Source: Nemertoderma westbladi (taxonomy: Eukaryota > Animalia > Xenacoelomorpha). From it: DNA of 54,584 nucleotides. This document shows positions 1-11,544 of the stretch, in pieces. Location: assembly GCA_032718475.1 (NCBI GenBank), contig JAUCBJ010006856.1:1-54584 (forward strand), in the 5' to 3' direction. The notes beneath the pieces were generated by a model. The model ran no database searches. It was not told the DNA's origin and was given only the letters and a program-made list of their open reading frames with translations. Position 1 is the stretch's first letter. Every line of letters starts with the position of its first letter. The position numbers and the translations under genes were made by a program.

Positions 1-139
1 TACGAAATCTGCCTTGGCACGGCTTGAATGGTCCTCTCTGTTGCAACAGCCCAGTGTGAGATCCAGCTTCACACTACGGCTGAGCAAAAGGTATGATGCT
101 CTCGCCTCTGCCTGAGGCGGCAGATCGCAGTAAGGGTTA

Positions 140-810
140 AGGGTGATACTGCCTTCGGTATTCGAAGTCAAATCGGGAGTCCTTCAAGGTAACACACTTG
201 TACCATTCATGTTCATAATTGTGGTTGATTATGTTCTACGCATGTCCTTAGATCATCTTAATAAATATGGGGTGATGGTAACACCAGCAAAGTACCTTAC
301 CGATCTAGACCTTGCTGGCTGAAATAAAACTAAAATTTGTGAACTTTGACAGCCCTCAGGAAATTTCTGATCCTATGATCATAAGCTCCAAGGATGGCAT
401 GCCTGAGCATGTGGATGACTTATGATTATGGATCAGGAAGTCATGTGAAGATCTTCGGATACGTAAAGGGGAAGGTATGAGCAGCACTGAATCGTCTGTT
501 CGATTATTTAGGGCAGCTGTAGAACAAAAACTCCTATATGATTCCATGTTGGGCTCTTACTGCGGAGGATTCAAAATCTCTAGATGGCGCATTCACTAGA
601 AAGCTACGTTGGTTTTACTGTGTGTCAAGGAGAATGAACACATCTACAACCAGACTTTATACAACATTGGAGGTGTTTCATTAGTCTCACCAAGCTTGAC
701 TCTTGAACGGAGCCGCCTCCGCTTTGCAGAACATTGCTTTCGCCATGAGGACCAACCAGTATATAATGATGTGCTAAGGCAGACTGATTGGGAAAATAAG
801 GAGGGTTAAC
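140..810 (+). mobile_element. Decayed RTE-like non-LTR retrotransposon fragment (RT and C-terminal region)
   Basis: Frame-broken translations give FEVKSGVLQGNTLVPFMFIIVVDYVLR (RT motif, cf. GVLQGDTLAP), LTDLDLAG (cf. DLDFADD), RLFRAAVEQKLLY, LDGAFTRKLR and RSRLRFAEHCFR, in the order typical of RTE-type ORFs. Confidence 0.75.
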
Positions 811-3800
811 AAAGTCCACCTCACCAACGTTACCCCAACTGGTGCAATATTGGCAATTGATGTAAGAGATACTTTGGTTAAAATCTTGTAGCAAATGTTT
901 GAAGGTGAAAATTCTTGAAGGTGAAAAAAAATTCCGTCTCACCACCTAAACTCGGGAGGCAAAACTATGTCTATTTCAAATTTATTGGATCTCATTATCA
1001 CTTTTATAAATCAAAGAAATCAAAGGGCCGCAGGATTGTTGGGCTGAGTCGTCACTGGTTGAAGAAGACCCTATATATCTAAAAGGATTTCGAGTAATTG
1101 TAATTGTGTAAAACACAAAAGAATTATAAATGTCTTTGTGAGATTTACACGCTGGGCTGATGTAGCAGCAGCTAACTCAAACTCGTATCCTATTGTTAGA
1201 ATTAAATTTCAGCTTGTATTATGTCATGAACTCATTAAGATACATGTTCGTTATCCTTGTAGAATCCTATTTGTTACAGCACCATGCATGGAAAGAAGTC
1301 TTAATCAACTGTGGACTATAAGTCAAAATCAAACCCGTGTAAATTTCAAGGAATGCCTTTACTGCATCTTAGCCGTAATTTCTAATACATGGTTATTCCT
1401 ATAATGGCACCAGCTGGGGCCATTTATTCCGTTTCACTGCGGGTCCCATTCCATTGAAGATGCCTCTATGTGAAGTTCTCATACAAATACAGCCACTTAT
1501 TATTACAATGGTTTTCGTATTTAAAAACAATTTAATCTTTCCATCGATTAAGTAAGAAATTAGTTTTGGTACTATGTTAGTGTTTATTGTTTACTGTTAT
1601 TGTTGTCAATGTTGAATATTTCGACATAGAACAAGGGAGCATTACATAATTCGACCCCAAATTTTAAAAGAGTAACCTTCTTTAAATATCCCTAATACGG
1701 GGAAATAATATTATTTATTCGACATATTGTTATAAGTAAGCCCACCTCACAAAGAATATCTTACAGAAACCATATTGCTGAATTTTGAAACTTTTTTTGC
1801 GGCAATTTTTTAATGTAAATTTTTTTAAACTACACTTTTTTAATTTGTAGAGTTTGTCAGATTTAGAGCTGCCGAGTCGAAAATTTGTAGGCATCAATAG
1901 GACCAAAGGTTGGGGAGATTTTGACGGACTTTCCGACATCATCAGTTCAGTTCAATAGAGAACTACATATGTCTAAACATGAATGTCCTCCCATTTCTTT
2001 GTTATTTATCCGTTCAAGCTAAAATAAGCAGAAATTTACTAGACCATTAGCTGCGTCTTTCAAAGGAGACTTATTCCTCTGCAGTTCTGCTGGCTGCCGC
2101 TAGAGGAATAAATATCTGAGACCCAAAAATAAAGCCATCACCGCATACCAGATAGTCAGCAAGCTGGGCAATATATCAGAATTTTAGCACAAATCATCAG
2201 AGGAAAACTTCACATCATACATGACATAAATAATGACATTGGGGTGCACTACACAGTGCACATAGGCAACAATTCATGTAGTTTGAGAGTTTCAGTAGTT
2301 TCAGATTGCATTCGTTTAATTAAATTTAACTACCTTAGTTAAAATGTCATGAAGAATGAAGTAGGCCTAAATGATAGTTTTAAAGAAATCAGGTCTTTAA
2401 CTGTAGTGCCTACTTTATAGTGTCACAAAGATACATGTTGATGTTAATGTATGTTTCACAAGTCAACATACACTATCATTCCAGAGAGATCTAAGAAACC
2501 ATGCGATGTGCCATTGTCACAAATTTGAACATAACTAACAACTTAATTCAATTTCACTATTACAGCTAGAGTATTGATTACCACTTTGTACCATCAATTG
2601 GTGTTCCCCGCAATTATGAAACGCCCCTCGAAATTAAGATATGTCCCAAAAAAAAAACATGATAACAGGATCAATAGAACACCAGTAACGTCTCCAGCTG
2701 GGCCAGAATATTGATAAAGAGCCTATTCAACAGTTATATTGAGGAATAGATAAGACAATATGACTTCATCATGGAATGGTGCATGGTGAAGTGCTGGCAT
2801 TGTCATGTCTGCTGTATGTGTATGTATTCCAATAAAAGATATATTAATAATAACGCTTTTTATTAACACACCACACACGAGCAAATTTTTGGATAATTTT
2901 ATCCAGTTTGTGTAACATTAAATTACATTTAAGTTATATCGAATTAATAATTTAATTATACTGTTGTAAAAACCATAGTAATTTTATGTAGTTTTTTTAA
3001 TAATAAGTAGGCCTATATCATATTTATAAATTATGTAAAATATTTATTAATGCATTGCGTACATAAAAATATTAATATTATATTGTAAATATATATACAA
3101 CTATATAGTACTAGTACTAGTACTAGTACTAGCTGTAATATATAAAAGTACCTAATGCAAAAATACCTAATTTAAATTAACAAAATATAAATATTAATGA
3201 CGAAGTCCCTATGTATAGATAAGGGCAATAAATCTACATACCTGATGACAGACTCCTTCCTGTCTGATTGCATGAAGAGAACGTCGTGTCCCTGCAACGT
3301 GATTCTGTCTAACATTTAAACATGGGCGGTACTTGTAATACATGTTTATTTTCCAATCGGCGTGAAATACGGTGGGCAAAAAAGCAAATTTGATGTGGAG
3401 CTACGGCGTATAATATTTAATGTGAAATAATGTAAAGTATGAGTATTCTTTCAGGAAAGTGGTACGGTATTCTAGGTTCGCCCTCACCCTAGCTCTCCGC
3501 TCTCGGGGCAAATACCACACCCTAGTTTGTCATTCCACAGCCCTCACCCAACATTACTAGATCTGTGATGCAATATGTCTGTTCTTACCCGTCGTACCGA
3601 TGCAATACCAAACTGTAGTCCAGGCAGGCCGCAGCGCACAGAACAAATATTGTTTCTACATTCTATTGTTAGGGTTAGTTGGTCAGGCCCAAACCCTAAG
3701 TAAAACTGTCATGTAACCCTAACGCTAAGACATTACCATTAACAAGAGTCCAAAATTCCACAAAATTTCTTAGATTAGAGCCAGATGAATTAAGGGTAGG

Positions 3801-4293
3801 GTTACATAACAGTTTTAATTACGGTTTCGGACCGCCACTCTCGAAATCTGGGGTGAAAATGCTCTGGGGGGAATATGGCTCTAGGCGAAAATGCCAGGGG
3901 GGTAATCCGCGCGGGGGGGGGGGGGGGGGGGGTAATTTTCGCCTGTGACACCGGTACGGCAGTACTGACAGCCGCCCTGTTTCAGCGGAGATATGTATTT
4001 AGCGACCATATAAGGAATAACCTTAGAAATGAAATGCGATTTAAATATTGTACCCGTGTTTCTCAAAAGGCGCTAGTTTTCCTTTTCACTGTGTGTAGAA
4101 TCGGTAGTTTATTGCCGGCACATTACGTTAACTACAGGTACATAGTTACACAATGGTGTGAATTACGGAATGTAATAGAGATATCCATATTTGATTCCAT
4201 TGTGATAATTACGTAATATATTGTCATATACGTTCCTGGTCAATGATATTTACGTCAGATGGTGGGTGGAATGAGCCGCCAAAGAGGAGAAGG

Positions 4294-4354
4294 ATGACTA
4301 ACACAACCATAGTTGTTATCGTATTGTTGTGTATAAAATCATGTCTGGGAGCAG
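4294..4354 (+). CDS. Exon 1: signal peptide [20 protein letters not shown]
   Basis: ATG at 4294, 20 codons plus 1 nt, hydrophobic core, small residues at the end, donor CAG|GTTAGT; phase 1 matches exon 2 (gives ...[12 protein letters not shown]). Not in the ORF track. Confidence 0.8.
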
Positions 4355-7300
4355 GTTAGTGTGTCACAACGAGTCTGGGAGCAGGTTAGTGTGTCACAAC
4401 GAGTCTGGGAGTAGGTTAGTGTGTCACAACGAGTGTGGGAGCTGGTTAGTGTGTCACAACGAGTCTGGGAGCAGGTTAGTATGTCACAACGAGTCTGGGA
4501 GTAGGTTAGTGTGTCACAACGAGTCTGGGAGCAGGTTAGTGTGACATAACGAGTCTGGGAGCAGGTTAGTGTATTAGGCCTACAACGAGTCTGGGAGCAG
4601 GTTAGTGTGTCACAACGAGTCTGGGAGCAGGTCAGTGTGTCACAACGAGTCTGGGAGCAGGTTAGTGTGACACAACGAGTCTGGCAGCAGGTTAGTGTGT
4701 CACAACGAGTCTGGGAGCAGGTTAGTGTGTCACAACGAGTCTGGGAGTAGGTTAGTGTGTCACAACGAGTCTGGGAGCAGGTTAGTGTGACATAACGAGT
4801 CTGGGAGCAGGTTAGTGTATTAGGCCTACAACGAGTCTGGGAGCAGGTTAGTATGTCACAACGAGTCTGGGAGTAGGTTAGTGTGTCACAACGAGTGTGG
4901 GAGCTGGTTAGTGTGTCACAACGAGTCTGGGAGCAGGTTAGTGTGTCACAACAGGCTGGTATCAGGTTAGTCTGTCACATCAGGCTGAGAGAAGGTCAGT
5001 GTATCACAACAGGTCTGAGAGAAGGTTAGTGTTTCACAACAAGTTTAGGGTTAGGTTAGTGTGTCACATCAAGTTAGTGTAAACCAGTAGCAGGTTAGTG
5101 TGTATCATTATGTCTGGAAGTAAATTAGTACAGGTTCAATTAATCATATTCATATATTTCCAAAAGCCCATCTTAGTTTTAGCTCGCCCGAGAATACAAA
5201 TTTATTTAAATAGCTAAAATATATGTACTCCAAGGTGCAAATTGTAGCGCGTCTAATGTAGGCCTACTCCTTTTCATCATACGAATATACGTGTATTTAG
5301 TGTACAAACAGACAGACAGATAGATAGACGGACAATACAGATTATCTGCTAATTACTCATGATAAGACTCTCATGATTTACCCCACATATACAATTGAAC
5401 ATTTTGTTTAAAATATCGAATATTTTTGTTATATTTACTTTTAGAGCTAGAAGATGGAAGACCTGGTTGTGAAGGATGGGCTAAAAGCGGGAACTGCGAA
5501 AGCAATCCTCAATGGATGTGGAACAACTGCCACAAATCGTGTGCACTATATGGAGAACCAACAACAGCTGCTCCAACTTTACCACCTGAGTTAGCGCATC
5601 TTGAAGATTCAGATGATAATTGTGCAAGATGGGCTAAAGATGGACTCTGTGAGACAAATGCGGCAAATATGTGGAACAATTGCCACAAATCGTGTGCGCT
5701 ATATGGAGAACCAACAACAGCTGCTCCAACTTTACCACCTGAGTTAGCGCATCTTGAAGATTCACAAGATAGTTGTGTAAGATGGGCTAAAGATGGACTC
5801 TGTGAGACAAATGCGGCATATATGTGGACCAGCTGCCACAAATCGTGTGCACTATATGGAGAACCAACAACAGCTGCTCCAACTTTACCACCTGAGTTAG
5901 CGCATCTTGAAGATTCACAAGATAGTTGCGTAAGATGGGCTAAAGATGGACTTTGTGAGACAAATGCGGCATATATGTGGATCAGCTGCCACAGATCATG
6001 TGCTCTATATGGAGTGGCTACAACCGCAGGTCCGACTCTTCCGCCGGGATTAGAAGATGCCACGGATGACAACGACGCGTGTGAAAGGTGGGCGAAAACT
6101 GGAGGTTGCGAAAACAACCCGGGAATGATGTGGAATACATGCAGACGTTCCTGCATTCTGTACGGGCAGCCGACCACGCCAGCACCAACGTTACCACCCG
6201 AACTCAGCCATCTCGAGGACACAGATGATAATTGTGCAAGATGGGCTAAAGATGGACTTTGTGAGACAAATGCGGTATATATGTGGGCCAGCTGCCACAG
6301 ATCGTGTGCACTATATGGAGAACCAACAACAGCTGCTCCAACTTTACCACCTGAGTTAGCGCATCTTGAAGATTCACAAGATAGTTGTGTAAGATGGGCT
6401 AAAGATGGACTTTGTGAGACAAATGCGGCATATATGTGGATCAGCTGCCACAGATCATGTGCTCTATATGGAGTCGCCACAACCGCAGGTCCGACTCTTC
6501 CGCCGGGATTAGAAGATGCCACGGATGACAACGACGCGTGTGAAAGGTGGGCGAAAATTGGAGGTTGCGAAAACAACCCGGGAATGATGTGGAATACATG
6601 CAGACGTTCCTGCATTCTGTACGGGCAGCCGACCACGCCAGCACCAACGTTACCACCCGAACTCAGCCATCTCGAGGACACAGACGATAATTGTGCGAGA
6701 TGGGCAAAGGACGGTTTATGTGAGTCTAATTTCGTGTATATGTGGAGAAACTGTCACCGATCGTGTGCTATTTATGGCGATGTGACAACAACGACCACGA
6801 CAACTCCAGCACCCACTCTCCCACCAGAGTTGGCCCACCTAGAAGACAGTGAAGATGATTGTGCATACTGGGCTCAAATCGGTGAATGCGAAAATAATTC
6901 GCGGTTCACATGGAAAACCTGCCCGAAGTCGTGCAACTTGTACGGAGTGCCCACAACCCCGGAGCCTACACTTCCACCATGGGCGGCTGGGAAATACCAA
7001 GACAAACTGGATTCGTGTCAGTGTTAGTGTCTCAATTAATTTTGCAATCTATAAGATTATCTTGAGCGATTAAGATACTTTTGATTTGATTTGGTGGGTG
7101 TGAAATAAGACCAACCAATCTTAGCCGCTTGCGCAAAATAGTTTTATTGCCTTGAACACTCAAGATAGTTAGTTATCATGAGCGCTCAAGTTAAATAATT
7201 AATTATTTATTACTTGGGAAAAAGTATAACTTTTTCACATTTTCGAGGTATTTTATTTACCGAGCGCAAGCGAGGTTAATAAAGGGTCGAGAGAATATTG

Positions 7301-10300
7301 AAAATAAGTTATACGTTTTTTTCTCATGTAATACTTAATTTTATTCTTAAATTGTACGCTTTTGTCGCTTAATTCTTTAATAAAATATAGAATGAAATAA
7401 TTGACAAAATAAATTGAACTGCAGTATTTTACTATATTGCTTCCATAGTTACTGCGATTCCAATTATTTCACTCTGCAACTCTTCATGCTTCTCTTTTTT
7501 TAATTCCTTACTCGATGTTATAACTATTTACATACTTGTGTGTAAAGTAGCACTTTACAGTGTGATGATCCGTGTGGCTTTGTTACACTACACGAACGAA
7601 CGTTAGTGAGTGAGTGAAAATAAAGCCACGTGGATCAGAACACGGTAAAGTACTTTGCAACAAGTATGTATGTAGTTTTATTCCAAAATTTTAACATTAC
7701 GAAATGATTGTACATATACATTATAAGTGATAGAAACTGCTCAAATTAAAATAGTTGCTGTATAAATAAATGTAAAAATGACATAAATTATGTTAGAAAT
7801 AAGTTAGCTTATATGTATGGTGGCATTTGGAGCCATGTTATAAAAATATAGATAGACCCTTTAATTGCTATACCCCGCCTACCGGTAGGTAATGCATTAG
7901 GCCTATCTGGCTGTCAGGCAAATTTCCACCTATTGTTTACGTGGTATCCAATGACGGCGTTAAGTAATGTCCCCTTAATGGACATTACTTAACACCGTCA
8001 TGGGTTACCACGTAAACAATAACACTAAATACAATACTAAATATACAGGCCAATACAATGCTGTAATGTCCTCTAAAGTTGTAAAGTGCTATATATATAA
8101 CAACTCGCTGTTAATACTAACGGCGTTGAGTAATGTTACAATTTTGGAATAAAATAATTTAATGTTCTGGAATATTTATTTATTTAAATAGAGAAAAGGT
8201 CAACTAGATAATTAAATCCAATACTGGATATTGAGTTCCGTTTTGGAGTGCGCCTTGCAGACACTAAAGTTGTAATAACTTTTGAATGTGTAAAGAGGTT
8301 CGTCAAAAAAAACGCTTTCACATTCGCCGGTATTCGACGCCATAATTCAATAATACGTTATATACCGAATCACACTTCTTCATTCAACAATTATTTTAAA
8401 GTATGTTTTTTACGTTTCGGTATCATTGATTTCTGTGTCCACTTTAGATTGGGCGAAAGAAGGATTATGTACAACGAACAAATACTACATGGAAGAGAAT
8501 TGTATGGCATCTTGTATTCTATACGGGGGAAAATCAACCGAACCCCCGTTATCAGGTAAGCTGATACATCCCCTGCGCAAAAATAAAATAAATTTTTGAT
8601 ATTTCTCGTCGGTAATTTATGCTCAATTATTCACGCAATTCGTTGTAAAAGTTCAAACTTTTAATTTTAAATACTCTGCGAATTACAGAATCCATGTCGT
8701 ATGTCATAATGTCACCAATGATAGCGGATCCAATTCCGTGCACCACCCAGCGGAAAATGGGGAAAGGCATGATTTACGAATCATGATTGGATATGCGATA
8801 TTACCAAAATAATATCGCATACCACAGGCATCAAGGCAATATACATTGCCAGCTAGAGAGAGATGCCAGCACATCAGCTCATCTCAGGGGGGAGCTAGCA
8901 TAGGGCCGGGGAATAGATCAACCAATGATAGGGCGTCTTTCCAGCAATTATCGCGCATTTATTGGTAGGCCAAACCTAGGTAGGAATGTATATCCCATGT
9001 AATATATAACTGTTACTCTGTTAATTGTGCTTCAGTTGGCTACATTGAGTGTAGAAGTCAGATGGTTCTTAACCGTCGACGCTGTCATTGTTACTGCTAT
9101 TATTATATTAGACGGATTGTGCTTATCTGATATTATGAACAACAATAACTATAAACTCAGTTATTGCACCGGCCTTCGGCCTTTCAATTTCACCAACAGC
9201 CTTTCAGTAGCCTAGCGAACGCGGCGATGCGTATTCTCCATAAGACTCGAAACACACACAAACCGGTCGGGATCTTTTGCCAACTCGGATCCCGTCACAA
9301 CCAACATCCTAGACCTACTGCTTAAATAATAGAAAACTTTTGATTTCTTCGATAAATGGAATATTTATACTGAAAGTAAAAAACCTGTTTTGTTTAAGTA
9401 TAAATAACTGGCTGCTTCTACTAATCGAAATACCCATATAACGAACAACTTCAGCGACTAATTGACCAAATAATTAGAAGAATTTATTGTAAATGTATAA
9501 ATTTTATTCTTAGATAAATGGGACGATTGTGAAACTCGAGCACAATCGCCGAACGCTTGTCGAGACAACGAGGAGATGTGGATCAATTGTCCCTTTAGTT
9601 GCAACAAATACTCGATAACAACGTTCGATCCGGCTAGGGCAGGGGAACTAGAAGGTATGAGTGCTGATACTACTGTACGATGCTTTGAAAGCTCAACAAC
9701 ATCAGGAAACACCTTGAGATACATGACTTATATTAATTAAGAAATATCCACTTTAACTCTCATACATTTTTAATAAACTTTTTTCCCTCTCTTTGTAAGA
9801 TATATTATACCGATAATAAATAACAATTTACCTTATACAAATTACAATTACAATCAATATACCATCGATAAGCTGCTATATATACATTTAAATTAAGTTA
9901 AAGCTTGTTTGAATATTCAGTTAAAAGATTATATTCGATACAAAAAGGCCACATTGTGACAAATGGTTTCACAAAGGGTCTAGCTTAAATAATCGAAATT
10001 CAGAAATGCTTTCCGCATGTTAGTGTTTTGAATTTTGCACACTTTTGCACATTGTATTAAGTTTAGCCAACGAGTGCAAAAACAATAATCATATAGAATA
10101 GATAGAAATAGCCGGTATTTGAATATCAGAAACTGATATTCAATACTGATATTGATATTGTAAAATACAGTAGCATACATTTTCTCACTGCTTTTTCTTT
10201 AACTTTTCTATAATTTTGTATAATGGTACCATATTTTATTTTACTAACTTATCAAAATTGATTTTTATTGAAGTTTATTAGTATTCCTGTTTCTTTGTGG

Positions 10301-11512
10301 CAGACAAAGACGACGCGTGCGTTATGTGGGCGTTGGATGAGTTATGTGTAGGAGATGAAAGCGCCTACATGGCGGAGACATGCGCTCTGTCCTGCTACAT
10401 GTGGCAACACGGAGAATTAGTGGCAATAACGGAATTGATAACTGCAACAGTCGAGACCACAACAACTTCACAAACGACAACAACTCCACCACCAGGTAGG
10501 TGATCAAATATTACCTTTATACTTTTTTTTATTATTTTTTCTTGTTGTGGAAGTTGCGTTTTTTTATCGCCCAGGTTGCAAATATTTAAATACAACAGGT
10601 CACTGGGTGGTACCGGATCGTTTGATCGGTATTTTGGAATATTGTAAGAAGATGATTAGTACCAATATTGAATGTTTATTGTGCAGGTTATCCCTTGAAC
10701 CCGTGTAACAGAAACGAGGAATTACAATGTTGGGCATGCGGAGGCGTCAATGTAACAACATACGACGACTGTTTCGAACAAGGATTATTTTCACGATGCG
10801 AGGGAGAATTTGTAAGTTGCATTTGTAAATAAATATAGATCTAACACACTCTTCTTACCACGTATGCCAACACAACTTGATTATACCACTATATGCATTG
10901 CAGACGTAGGACGTACCAAGTGTAGGTCTAATATGCCCGGGTGTTATTGGTGAAATCGAAAACGGTTTTGAGATTAAGAATTTACAGATGAATGCGGTTG
11001 TAATGATAGATTAATATTAAAAGACGAAAAATAAAGCCAACAGAAATGGTTAAATATTGTTAAACAAGCATTTTTAACGGCTTGTTGTAGCAAAATAATT
11101 TGAAAATTTAAAAATCCGGCCAGGCCACCCAGCAGTAAGATAATTTGTCGAACTATCTTATACCAAATTTCGTAGCATTTGATTACAATTTGAAAAATGT
11201 GGGGGGTTGGGGCTCCGACTTATTAATAATGGTTGTTGTATTAAATGAGATATTGTATAATAAAATGGCCTCGTGCAGAAGCAAAACCATGCCACTTTCG
11301 AACGCAGCCCAATCGCGAACCCAATCGCAGCTATTTTTCAACGAAATGTGGATTGTGTTACATTTTACATATTTCGAATCCTTACATGGCCATGTTTCCA
11401 TTGTTACGTATTAAATTATGACACACACAGAAGGAGGATATGCAGGTGAAACTCTATTTTTTTTTCAAATTTCATACAATTTCATTAATAGAGTAATTAA
11501 TAGTATATATAT

Positions 11513-11544
<32 letters not shown>

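Noticed and set aside
1-140. Possible piggyBac-type right end (AAGGGTTAA)
   Set aside because: Only a 9-bp motif; the other end would be outside the window.
3660-3956. Telomere-like TAACCCT/AGGGTTA motifs and a possible transposon end (TGTGACACCGG)
   Set aside because: Motifs are scattered rather than tandem, and no partner terminus was found.
4329-4544. ORF of repeated [10 protein letters not shown]
   Set aside because: Translation of the 30-bp minisatellite in a frame different from the real exon.
5509-6681. 390-aa antisense ORF
   Set aside because: Shadow of the repetitive ShKT exon on the opposite strand; no independent protein features.
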